Source: Daphnia carinata
Taxonomy: Eukaryota
Direction of reading: 5' to 3'
Assembly (NCBI RefSeq): GCF_022539665.2
Contig: NC_081332.1
Span: forward strand, 3,658,001 to 3,722,000
Length of the DNA: 64,000 bases
Shown: positions 18,001 to 31,000 of the stretch, one piece after another
Layout: every line of letters starts with the position of its first letter
Numbering within the stretch: the stretch's first letter is position 1
Notes under the pieces: model-generated
What the model saw: the letters and a program-made list of their open reading frames with translations, nothing else
What the model was told of the DNA's origin: nothing
The model's database searches: none
Program-made: the position numbers and the translations under genes

Positions 18001-20590
18001 AAATTTGTTAGGATTCCAAGAAGTTGCAATTTCGTTTGTGGAACAACAGACGACGCCCGTTTCACATGTTCAAGTGGCGAGTTGCTCGATCAATGAATGC
18101 AGGGCACATCATTTAGGGAAACTCGTTGTGACCATGAAAAAGAAGCTCTCTCAACTTCCTGTTCGTTTTACTTGCATATCTCGAGCTTTCAAACTTTTCG
18201 AAACAACAAGTACAGTTGACACAAAGTGGAAAAAACTACGTAAATAATCATATTTCGAGTAGCACAGCTTCACTACTCACCAGAGATTCCCAAAACTTTT
18301 GCCAGCAAACAAACGACAACGAATAGAAATGTAACGTATCATTGAAAGTATTAGTTGGGCCTTGTATCGTTTTACAGCAGTGGCGTCCTATGTATACGCT
18401 ATAATCATTTTTCGTTTCTAAAAGAATAAAAAAAAAAAAAGAGAGTTTCAACAATGGCGAGGGGTGGCCCTGATAAAGTTTGCCAGTAGACACTCGAGCG
18501 GAAATTGTTTCCCGCGACAAGTGGATGATGAAACGGCTTTTCTGATCGTATGTGACATCAAATGAACGAGACAAGCAAAGAAACAAAATTCGGTCATATC
18601 TGTTCCATCTGAACAAATATCTCGCCATGAATTCATTTCTATTGCTTTTAATTTAAGAAATTTCATTTTTGTGCTTAGAAATGCATGATCATCCAAAACC
18701 TTGATTGACAAAAACAGCTGTTGAGCTATTCACATTATTTTTTTTTTTTTGGAATCAATTATTCCTGCTGTGCGTGACGTGATCGACTTTGAAATCAGAC
18801 AGCCAGGAAATTCAGTTTGCGGAATCCTGTCAAAAACCGAAGTCGGCACTTAAAATATCGCGTCCAAAAGAATCGCTCACTTAAAGGATTTCATTTTCTT
18901 TACACATAAAGCTCCCCGACTTTCTTTCTCCCAAACGCTGTCGTCTAATGCCTTTACGTTGTTGATTTTTGTTTTGTTTTTTTCGTATTCTAGATGACAC
19001 GCATCTTCGTTTTTGTCTCACTTTCCACGAAACAATTTCGTGCCCTATTGATTTTCTTTTCTTGTTCTTCTCCATGTACAAAAACGAGGGGGACTACATT
19101 CAGATGCTTCAGAGATCTCTCTGTCCTTTCCTCCCCAAAAAATAATTATGGAATGTAAACTTAATTCTTTTTTTTTTTCTTCTTATTTTGGAAAAAAAAA
19201 AAAAAAACAGCTTTGTATGGTTCTGATCAAAGTTTCGGACATATCGAACGAAGCCAGACCGATGGATGTTGCAGAACCCTGGCTGGACTGTCTTCTTCAA
19301 GAATTCTTCGAACAAAGCGATCGTGAAAAGATGGAAGGATTGCCGGTGACGCCGTTCATGGACCGCGACAAGATCACCAAACCATCGTCGCAGTGTTCCT
19401 TCATTGGATTCGTTTTATTGCCATTATTCGAGGCTATTGGCCGTCTTTATCCCGAGCTGGACGTAAATATCTCCCCTATCACTTACTCGCATCAAATCAA
19501 CTTAAAGACAAACATTGTCCATCGAAAAAAAAAAAAAGACCTTAATAGTCAATCCAGTTCGAGAGGCCCTGGATTATTACCGCAAACTGAACGAGGCTTC
19601 TCGTCGCAATCTGGAACAGCCGGCCAGTCCAACGCCGGCAGTCAACGAACAAAAGGAAACCACCGCATCGATTGCGGATTCGAGTAGCATCAAATCGTCG
19701 GAACAACAAGCTGGCCAGCACCTGTTGGATAATGAAGGCAAAACTATGGATCATCCAACTATAGTTGGAGCTACTCCAACCACCCCCATCAGCCGAGAAA
19801 GGTATCCCATATTCATTTACCTGCATGATGCACTTGAGTAACATAAACAACTCACGTTACCTGCATATTTTTGTGTGTGGGGGAGAAGGAATTCAACATG
19901 TTTTTGCGGATACGGGGAAACTGAGAGGCCGGTGGTCAATTTTTTAGCTAGCCACAGGTCTTTTCACCGATATACATATTATGTTTTAGCCTTGGACGAA
20001 ATGTAAACCTCATCAACGAAGCAGAGGGCGTACTGAGTTTCCAAGAGGATGTGAAGTCTATAGTATCAGACATAGTCCCCACGCGCGATCGATAATGCTC
20101 CCGAACAAAGTTGCTGACAGCTTCCCTTATTTCCAGGGGGTGTACACACCGTGCGCCGTGTATAACGGAAGAACAGGATGAGCAACAACTATCGCATTTT
20201 CTTTTCTAAAAAGGAAGAATTTGTAAGGTACCTTTTGTTTAACTCCGACATGGACTGTTGGGGAAAAGATGGATGCGTTGCACGTTGAGATAAGACGATT
20301 CTAGAAAAAACAAAAACAAAAAAACAGACAGTAAAAAATGAAAACTAATTATCTCAAATTGGAGAGAAGCAACAAAACGAAAATGACGTTTAGCTTTCGC
20401 TATATATGGACGTAGCAATCATCAATAGTAGGGCCCTCCCATTTTTTTTATAGCGGGACTATCAAAACGGGCCGAATATTAAAAGCCATAAAAATTTATT
20501 CCCCAAATTGAATGACTATAGACACGAATTGAAGGTGTAACTTACCAATGCCACTATCCATCTTCAAAATATAATTTTCTGCCAAATTCC

Positions 20591-20629
<39 letters not shown>

Positions 20630-22359
20630 CCCGCCTGAAATCGATTCATTGATTAATTTCGTCCGACGCGACAAACTTCGCATTCAGACAGTTGTTTAAA
20701 AAAAAAAAAAAAAAAAAAAAGAGATACGTGTAAAAAGAAAACGGGAAAAATTGCGGCAAAAGGAAATCCTTGTAAGACGCCGTTCCCTCGTGAGTGGCTC
20801 TCAGTGTCTTTTCCTAGTCGTGTTAAATTTTGTTTGCAACGCTACAGTAAGACACACTCTCTCCTTCTTCATCATGATGACGTGAACAAAAACAAAAACA
20901 AAAAAGATGTCTGATACATTTTTTTGTTTATCCGCCAAACATGGGAAGGGCACATGAGCGGATTTGAGTGTGTACTAGTCGCAACGGGATTTGTTTGTCA
21001 AAAGCTCGTACTCGCCGACGGCCGGGATGGTCTAAATAATACACTAGCTAGATAATATGATATATAAATAGAGATTTAAAAAAAAAATACATAAATAAAA
21101 ACTTCCCTTTCGCGCCACGTATCTTATACGTCGAAAGGATTTTGTACGGCCGGCTTATACTGGGCAAAAAAAAAAAAAAAAAAATTCTATACAGTGCTAC
21201 TACGCCTTAACTTAACTTTTTTGCTATTTTTAAAAAATAAGATATTTATGCTTGTGTTACTTGCCTTTTCGATGGCCGACAGGTCGCTGTCGCAGGAAGA
21301 GGAAATCCGGCGTTTCTCCTTCGGTCTCGATCCCGACACGTTTACTGAAGTGGAAGTGTGCGAGAAGACTTTCTCTTTCAAGATCAGCACGGACATTAGG
21401 CCGTTGCCCGGCTGGAGCAATAACAGCGCAGGCAATGCTACTTACAACGGAAGACAGCCGCCATCCACCTTCCGGCGAGCTTCGCTTGCTGTCATGTCAG
21501 CCTGTAAGTTTTTTTGTATTTGACCCCTTTTGCCATCGTCTATATCTGGCATGTGCAATCAAAACATGACGACGTCTATTTATTTTGTCCGTCCACTGTG
21601 TGTGTGTGTGTCTGTGTGTGTGTTTCAACAGCTCTTGCGGAATCGGCTCGCATTCTCGCCGGAGGGACGGTTCGCAGCGCCACCACCAGCCCGACGCAAT
21701 CAGCTCCGGGTACGCATCGTGGCGCCGTCATCCAGGAAGAGGAGGATGAAATCACGTTGGACATGCCAACGGTGGCGACAGCATCGACTCGCAACGGCGT
21801 CGTCCTCGACATGCACAAGGAGACGTCGGAATCACTCGATTTGCAACACAATGGCCAGCAAAAAGGACGGACTGAAATCACGGCGCCATTGGCATCGGTT
21901 GAAGACGTGACCGATTCGGTGGCGGCTGTGGCTGGCGTTGCGACCGCACGCCAGCCGAGTCGTGACAATCCGCTGCTGATTCGATTGCGTCAATGGACCG
22001 ACCGATTCGGTTTGAATCCCGTGCGATCAGCGTCGGCCGAGCCGCCGGAGAACGGAGTGGCTGACGTGCCCAAATCGCCGAAACTGCTCGGCTCGCGCAA
22101 AATTGTATCCAGCAGTTTGTCGCGTCTCTTTAGCCGTTCGTCGTCCAATAAATCAGGCCAGCAACAGCAATCAACGGCTAATTCGGTTGCTAGTCCAGAG
22201 TCGAATCATCTACCGATGCCGGCCACGTCCGCCAGTAGCCGCCGACGTTCGAAAACAATCATCAGCGCCACGGAAATGTCCCGCAGTTTAGACGACGTTC
22301 CTGCCGCCCACATGATTACCGATTCGACCAATCATCCATCCCCAAAACGCTTAGATTAA
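11213..22359 (+). CDS. Pde9: High-affinity cGMP-specific phosphodiesterase 9 (PDE9), about 925 aa. Exons 11213-11471, 14148-14300, 14417-14465, 14585-14685, 15445-15571, 15640-15877, 16597-16719, 17153-17416, 19211-19462, 19539-19801, 21283-21503, 21632-22359
   Basis: Class I PDE catalytic motifs [63 protein letters not shown] and [20 protein letters not shown], plus a PDE9-type N-terminal region (KTVYFTVG...[10 protein letters not shown]...NRPDTPY). The catalytic exons are secure. The start codon, the linker exons (14.6-15.6 kb) and the two tail exons are less certain. Confidence 0.9.
15046..15068. repeat. (GT)n microsatellite in a PDE9 intron
   Basis: Read directly from the sequence. Confidence 0.85.
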
Positions 22360-24662
22360 ATGTCAGACATGTTTACACGCGTCTGTGTATACGTATTTCA
22401 ATCATATTTATAATTACCTTCTTTTTTGTTTTCTTTACCTCCTCCCACTGTCAGCTTCTTCATTGTTCGCAAAACACGTTTCGTCTCGTCTTTCAGTTTG
22501 ATTGTTGCTGTCGAATTTAGTTTTCCATCACACCAACTGTTTCATTCAAATTATTACGTTAAAAAAGGAATCCACATTTCATCGATTTGCTAAAAAAAAA
22601 AAAAAAAAAAATGTCAATGTCGAAAATCAACCCCCCCCCCCCGATGTATTCTTGGCCAACATACAACCATATCCTCCTCTCCGCTGTTGACCCCGTTGGA
22701 AAAAAAAAAAATCAAGATACATATATATATATATATATAAATTTATATATATACCTATTACTAAAGAGGAGTGAAAAAAAAAAATATTAAAAAGAGAAAT
22801 TGAAATTCTCATTCTCGTCAGTGTATGTATAGAATAACCATTCAAAGTGACAGTCAATTTCTCGTCAATGGTATGCAGATTGGACCAAAAAAAAAAAAAA
22901 ATTGGGATGAATTATTTTTTTTTGTGTGTGTTTAAACTAAATATAGAACAGGACAAAAAAAAAATATGTGTGGAAATGGGATGGAAATAGAATTATTGGG
23001 AATTTTCGGGACGCACGAAAAGAACTTGTTTGGCCAATCAGTCGCAAAAAGGAAACAAACCAAAACAAAGAAAGAGTTTCTAAATCCGCACACGAAAAAT
23101 GGTGAGGACAAAGAGAGTCGAAAAAAAAACAAGAAGGGAAGATGATGGGCACAAACAGGTTATTTTAAGTTGTTCTAAAAAAAGATCTCGTGAACGGGGG
23201 GAAAGGGAGAAATCGCAATATATAGCGCAAATAAAAGATCAACAAACTTTACAGGATGCGTGTGGTTTTGTGTTCCCCACAGAAAAACATTTTTTCAAAA
23301 GAAAACTCGCACAAAAATTTTTTTTTTTTCAAAAATGGGGGGAAAGAAAAACTGAATTTTTCACGAACGAAAAAAAAACACACGCGGGAGCCACAGGAAA
23401 AAAAAAAAAAGACCTACACATTAATTCTGTACACGACGGTTGGTAGTGATAGAAATATAAAGACGAAAGATGGGCGGGGGGGGGGGGGTGGCGCCTGGTA
23501 GAGGAAACACATTTTTTTTTTTTGTTAATTTTCCATTGGTTATCTTAATCGATTTGAAAGATGTCAAGCGGAGAAACGAAAAGCTGATGAAAAATCATGG
23601 GAGTAAGAGCCAAAAAAAAAAAAAAAAAAGAACATTATTTTGGGGCGAGGGGACATTCAAAATAGATTGTATGTTTATATATATATATAATATATACGAT
23701 ATTTGCTAGAACAACAGGGGGGGGGGGCTAGAAAAAAAAATTTATTATCAACATTTTTTTTTTTTGCGTTTCTTAATCAAAGTGATTGGTAAGTGAAAAT
23801 CTGTAGAGAGGGCTTGGGGGGGGGGATTATCACTACGTCGATAGAAATACTATTTATGTTGTCTTTTCTTTACTTTAATTTTTTGAAATCCTTTTTTTTT
23901 TATTATTTTTAATGCCCGCTGTTGCCCGTCTCGGGTTACGCGCCGTGCGAACTCTTGAGCAAAAATATTTGACCGATTTTTCTCTTTTCTCGCGTCTAAA
24001 AAAAAAAAATAAAATAAAGAAAATGGCTCCAACTTGCCTTTATCGACAACTCAATTTTTGAAAGAAAAAAATCGTCTGCTGGGAGGGGGGGGAGGTGCGA
24101 AATGTCAATTATTCCGTCAAAAGTAAAGGCCATAAGACGAAAGAGAACCAAAAAAAATCAACGTCCGAAAAAAAGGGGAAAGAAAAAAATTTTTTGTTTT
24201 GCACATTAAAGAAAAAATGAATAATTAATTTGATTAGCTCCTCGACGTACGACTCTCCCTATGATCTAAGTTTCATCCATAGCCCGGTTACAGCTGACGG
24301 GCGGGAGGATTTTTTTTTTTTTTTTCTCACGGGATCTCGTTCACCAAAAAAAAATACGAAAGGGTCTAATATATATTTACTGTATATATAAATATATATA
24401 TATGGGTGACGCACACGTTCGCCCCGTCTCTAAATTTAAAGGGGTCCGGGAGCGCAATGTAGGAAAAACAGCGACGGACGATTTTTTACGGTTCAAAGGA
24501 GGGATGGGTTTTAATTATTTTTTGTTTACCTTTTTCTCTCTCTGTCGTCTAATGGAATTCTTTTAAATCTTGTAAAGGGGGGGGGGGGGAAAGATAAAGT
24601 ATGGAAGAAGGGCAGCTCTTTCGCCTCGAGAAGGTTGTCCTGCTGATGCGCGGGCTTTTTTC

Positions 24663-27600
24663 TCATTTGTGATCGTTGCTGTTACGGTCGAGCCACACAA
24701 CGGGCACCCATTGCGGTTCGCGCTCCAATCGATTCACTTCGCTAACCAATTGGCTGTAAGTTCGCTCTTCTTCGCCGTTCACGATGACCATATCGAAAAA
24801 ATGGCCATAGACATCCTCCATTTCGCGAGCCTTTTCGATGATCTCTTTCAAATCCTCGTCCTGTTTTTAACATTTTGAATTGCATTACGAATGGAAATTT
24901 CAAATTGGAAAAAAGAAAATCGAAATTAAAAAAAAAAAAAAAAAAAAAAATGGACCTTGACTGTTTCGCCCTTGTCGCGTTTCTTGGCACGCAACTTCTC
25001 CAGTGAAGGTGGCGCCACGAAAACGACGAAAGGCATCAAGTTGGATTCTTTGAGAATCTTGAGAGATTGCGGGTGCAGATTGAGGACGCAAAACTTGCCG
25101 GCCGAGACGACGGCCCGAATGGCATCAAGTGTAGTCCCGTAATAAGCCTTCTCGTATTCGCCGTGCTCGACGAATCTGCGGTTGACAATATCGGCTTCAA
25201 ACTGGGCCCGAGAGATAAAGTGGTAATCTTGGCCGTTAATCTCGGAATCCTTTTTCGTCCGGCTCGTATCTGTATGTTGTCCATAAAAACAAGCCCACAA
25301 TTTAAAAGAGATTTCACATTTCGTTTTAAAATTTACTTATTTGAATTTGAAATTTGTTTACTTACGCGGAACGGCGGGAGCAAAACGTTCGGAATCCTGC
25401 ATCAACATTTCGCGCAATTCTTTGCGGCCGATGTTGGGCGGACCGATAAGAACAATGGGCCGTTTGTGATTGGCACGAGGGTAATACAGTCCCACTTCTT
25501 CATAAGTCAAGATTTCTTCGCTTTCTTCTATGAAAACCATTTGAAATCAAACAAAACCATTAATTTTTTTTTTTCTTTCATTTTTTGTAAAATTAAAGAG
25601 TTAAGAAATAAAGAGATGTACCTTTGCCGTAGTTGGACCGGAAACTTGTCCTCTTCTTCTTCTTGTGTTGCTTTTTGGCACAGAGTAAGGTGCCGGCCTT
25701 GGAGCGCGACGTGATCTCATTTTCGGTCGTGTCAATGACCATGGCCTGTTTTACCGCCTCTCGCCTACTTTGATCAAAGACGATTAGTTCATCCATTTAT
25801 CCCATTTCAATTCGATTATAAAGAAATGAAACAAAATTTCAAAATGAATCTCACTGTTGCTGAAAGGAGCGACTGGGAATGAGACCGGCCAATGTCTGAT
25901 CTTCCTCGCCTTCGCGGAACGCCTGCCACCAATTGGCGTCCTCCTGTGAAATGACGTGCAGGATGTCGCCCTTCATAAAACTGATGCCGAGCTCCTTGCA
26001 GGGGATGTATAGATCATCCTCAGGGTCGTAGTCAAAGTGGGCCTTGAGATGAACGACCGGATTGGGTGGGAGGACGCCGGCCGGCGATTTGGTGCTAGAG
26101 CCGCTTCCCACGGGGACGATGAGGAAAGTTATAGTGCCCGTCATCGATCCGACGAGATCGCAAACGTCGTTGATGGACTTGCCGCGCACTTCGACGCCGT
26201 TCACTTCCAGGATCTCGTCGCCCTCGTGAAGCAAACCGGAACGCTCAGCCACGCCGCCTCGGACGATCCGGCCGACAACAACCGCTTCACCGTCATTCCT
26301 CACCGTGGCGCCCTATTTGAAAAATACTCACATTTAATAAACCTTTCTATTCAACATCAAAATTTGCATCTCATTTGCATACCAGAGGTTCGTTTGATTT
26401 TTCCAGGGATATGACTTTAAAAGTCCTGTCTTGATGATGTTGCGAAGAGCCGCTGGCCGAATGAGCGGGTGAATGAGCCGACAGATGCGATGAGATGAAA
26501 GCCGACTCGGGCATGGCGTCCATGTCGTCCCCACTGAGGTTTGAATCGTTCAGCGGGGCGGTACTGATCGTGCTCACTTCTGCAATTCGATCGTGGGCGT
26601 AGAGGAGACCTTCCATTTCGTAACGACCGAGCAACGACACTAGCTCCACCGCCTCTGGCCGACCGCACTGCTGTAATCCGGTCAGACACTGAACACACGC
26701 GGACGAGACGGACAAAAAAAAAAAAACAAAAAAAAAAAAAATCAAATCAACATTTGCATACAACTCGAAAAGGCTAATGCATGCGGAAGTATTCGACTTT
26801 CACGCGACACAATATCAAGACTATTTTTTTTTTTACATTCGATTAGATTTTTGATTACGTGTAAAGTGCGTGCAAACAAATCGACCAATCACGACGACGG
26901 GTTGTCTCCGAATGTTAAAAATCTTTTGCCACGGGGTAAGAAGAATTCCATTGACATCAACAGAAAGGGAGTGGAAAGTTGGCCGTTTATCTCATTGGCC
27001 CGCACGATGTTTTCTTCGTTTTCAATAGTGGGGGAATAGTAGAGTGGAAAGGCTACACGGGCCGATTGGCCCGCGTGACTGGACGTGAAACGGGGAGGAA
27101 GGGCTAATGTGCCATTGCTTTACCTCGGTGACAAGTTGCTGGACGTTGTGATGAGACGACAATGTCGGCTGGCCGCAGCACCACACTTCTTGCACCTTCG
27201 AATGGATTGTCAGAGCCGAGCGGAAGGCCGGTGACAGCAAGAGACTCTGCACAGCGGCCAAATCCGCCTCCACGCCCTGTCCAGCATGTCCATTCTTCTT
27301 CAATTGCTGCTGGACTCGTTGGAGAGCAGCAGTCACATCTTGCAATCCTGCAAAAAAAAAAAAAAAATAAATCATTTAAATACACACCTCCAACTTCAAT
27401 ATATATATATATAAAAAAAATTAATTATGCAAATTACCAATGATCTTCTGCATGCCACTGTTGAGCAGGTAATTATTCTGCGCCAGGGCGGCCCAAGCAA
27501 GGCCGGCGTTGGCGAAACCCGGATCGTTAACGTCGTCGTCCTCGTCGTCGTCGTCATGGCCCGTATAGGCGATGTTGACCACGCCGGTAGCGGACGGCGG

Positions 27601-27999
27601 CGGCTGAGACTTGGTGCAACTTTCTTCGAGTGCTTGGAGCTTGCGCGATCCGCGTAGCGACGAGCGTAGAAACTCTTCCTCGCGGGCCATCCGCTCCTCC
27701 TTCTCGCGTCGCTTTCGTTCATCCTCCTTTTAAATAAATAAAAGGAAAAAAAGTTTGTGATGAAGAGAGTAGTAAAAAAAAAAAAAAAAGAAAGAGAAGC
27801 GGATGCCCCCCCCCGCACAATAGCGAATTTGCATGCCAAGTTGTTACATAAACGAATCATTGTCTCCAGAGTAACAACGGGCTCTGCCGAGCCAGACGGC
27901 CAACATCAATTCACAATGTCAAGCGGTACGAACTCGAAATACATTCACAACTTTTAAAAGTTACACGAATCAAACTCTCTTTCAAATGTTTTTTTATTG

Positions 28000-28032
<33 letters not shown>

Positions 28033-31000
28033 TGATACTTTCGTATTCTCTCCATTTGCTCGGCGCTGAGTACATCCACTTCGACGCCCACCGCCTTCGC
28101 CGGAACGGCTGTCTGTTGTTCCGATTGAGTTGCAGGATGAAGTCGTGTTGAATTCTATCGGATCATTTGAATCGAATTTAAAAAAAAAAAAAATGGCACG
28201 TTTTAATTCGAAAAAAAAAAAAAAAAAAGAAAAGGGGAAACGAACCTGAGCAGAGGGAGCCGCGTGATTAACGACAAACGTTCGTCCGTCTTCCTCCGTG
28301 CGCAAATGATCACGCGACGGAGGAGCCGGTTTCATGATGCCGCTCACCATGCCGTTGGAAGCCACTTGATTGGCCTGGGCCGTCACCACCTTCTTCCGCA
28401 ATCCGGGCGAATTGTTGTTGACGGCCACTGGAGCGTTGGCCACCACGGCCGGCGGATTGCTCGGCTTCGGGGGCGGATAACGAGGCGGCGTCTTGGTGCG
28501 TCCGACAAACGACTCGGGCACGTCGACGGCCATTTCTCGGTGTGGACCCGTATCGTGACTCGCCCAGTCGCTGCCTCCTTCGCTGCTGTGACTGGTGCTG
28601 CCACCGCCTACACTCCTTCCGCTCGTTCCCCGGCTGCTACCTGCAAAAAAACAAAAACAAACAAAAAAAAAAAGGTTAAACCAATTATACAAAATCAAGT
28701 TTCAAGGTACGAAACGATGGGATTTAAAAAAAAAAAAAAAAAAAGAAAAGAAAAAAAATGTTATGGAACTGTACCTGCGCCGGTGCTACTCCGCATGGAT
28801 GGATTGCCATTCATAGCACCCATGGCGAAGGTTGTCGATGTTGCTTGATCCACCGGTTCACTGCTGCCCCATTGGCTGGCGCCTTTGATGCTTTCTCGAC
28901 TACCAAACGGCTTGCCCGATTTTAACCTGCAAACAACGTTCGCGCGAAGAGAAAACGACAATCGATTAGCTACCGAACGCATCAAAAAAGTGGAAGGTGA
29001 CACACACCAAACAGTTTTTTCAAAAGAAAACTTTCAAAAGAGGAATTGAGTGCGAATCCCTGCTGGCGTAATTTAAACTAAGAAGTTCGTCATCCAAAAA
29101 AAAAAGAAAAATCATTTGCTAAAACAAAACAAAAAAGCGAGAAAATGAGATGAAGCCACGTAAAACAAGAGCGTGACGTCATGTGTTTGCCTGACACGAG
29201 AGAAGCTCATATTCACTCACACACACACAGACACACACACACAGACACGTTATGTACATGAATCAATTCCCATCCGTTGACCTTAATACAAGTAGAGATA
29301 AGATTACCGGTATAGATACCCTATCCTCTGGAATGTTTTCGATTCGGCAAAAACAACCACACACTCACAAAAAAAAAAAAAAAAAAATCGTAATAATAAA
29401 AAAGAAAACGTGAAAATTATAGGACGCGCGGGAATCTTATTGACTTTGATACGTTTGCGTAGGAAAGCCGCAAAAGAATGGCCAGAATAAACAGTAAACT
29501 TTAACGATATAAAAGTTATGCGTGCGCTGTTTGGACAAGACACAGACACGATCACGTTCCAAAAGACTGGTCACGTCCACAACGGGAAACTTCACGGGGC
29601 CCTAAAATTACACAAAGGATGGAGGAAGAGAGAAAGAGAGAGATCCGGCGCTCTCTTCATCTTGTTTTCCGGAACACGTACGTAATACAAAACAAAAATA
29701 AAAAAAAAACGTACGGGAAAGAATAAAGAAACGATATTCGATTTCGTTGATAATGTGCATCTACCCTGCCCAACCCGGAAGTGAAAATAAATATAAAAAG
29801 AAGAATCAACCAAGCGTACAGAGTCTGATCATAATAAAGTTAATATCCGCCCAGAGATTTTGCCTTCTCTTCCCAATTGTTTGCGTTCTCCCGCTAGAAT
29901 TGCTTGTTCACAAATAAATAACACACACACACACACATAAGGAAATAACACGTACAAAAAAAAACAAAAAAAAAACAACCAATGAAGCCTCTCGTGTTAC
30001 CACGATAGCGGGGGCCCCCGAAAGTGTGTGCGCAGATTGATTGAGTGTACCCAACGTGAACAAACGAAACAAGCACAAATTTCTCGTGGGGTTTATGTTT
30101 TTTTTTTTGGCCGGAATTCCAATGCACTTCAAATTAAAAAAAAAAAAAAAAAAAGCTAAATGTTTTTTGTTTTTTTTGCTTCGTTGTGGTTACCGTTGGG
30201 TAAATCGACGGACAGCTGATTCCGCCATTTTCTCTTCTTCTTTTCAAGAAACTTCCGCCATCGAATTTTGGAAAATCTTTTTTTTTTCTTTGAATTGAAA
30301 CAAACGAATTTTTAAACTTTAGGTGAATGCCTTCCGTTGTGAGGTCAAGTTAAGTTAACTAACTAAAAATAGATAAGAAAAAAAACAAACAAATGAGTTA
30401 AGAACGAAAAATGTTCAATAAAAAGATCAGATTGAGATTCTTTTAGTCACGAGACAGAAACGAAAAAAAAAAAGAGAGAGAGACAATAAATTCCGCAGCT
30501 GCGTGAGTTGTTACAAACTTCTTTCGTGTCAAGGATTTCTGGTGAGATGACGGGAGGGCAAACTTTATTTTTTCCTTTTCAAGGACAAACTTTCCCTCCG
30601 CCGGTGCTGCCTCCCGGTAAACGTTCGTGCGGCTATCGAACCATCGCACAACCCATGAAACCGTCAACAAGATGGAGGAGTTTTTTTTTTTAAGAAAAAA
30701 AAAAACAAAAAACATTCAACGAGGGTAGATAAAAAATTTCTTTGGCGAACGAAACACAAAAATCATTCGGAGGCAATAGAAAAAAAAAAACAGCAGCAGA
30801 TGGAAATGGGCTCTGTATGGTGATTGCTCTCATAAAAAAAAAAGGAAATTCATGTTTTTACCGGTAGAGAAAAACGAATCCCGATATTCATTTTCAAAAA
30901 CGAAAGAAATTTCTTATAATGTGCACTTAACATTCCCCCCCCCCCACCAATTTTTTTTTCCTACTTTTCGTTCCGGTTCAACCTGAATGTGAACATGCAA

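Noticed and set aside
24957..28848. Long plus-strand ORFs (215 aa, 194 aa, 125 aa)
   Set aside because: They are antisense shadows of GC-rich Stardust exons and run through its introns.
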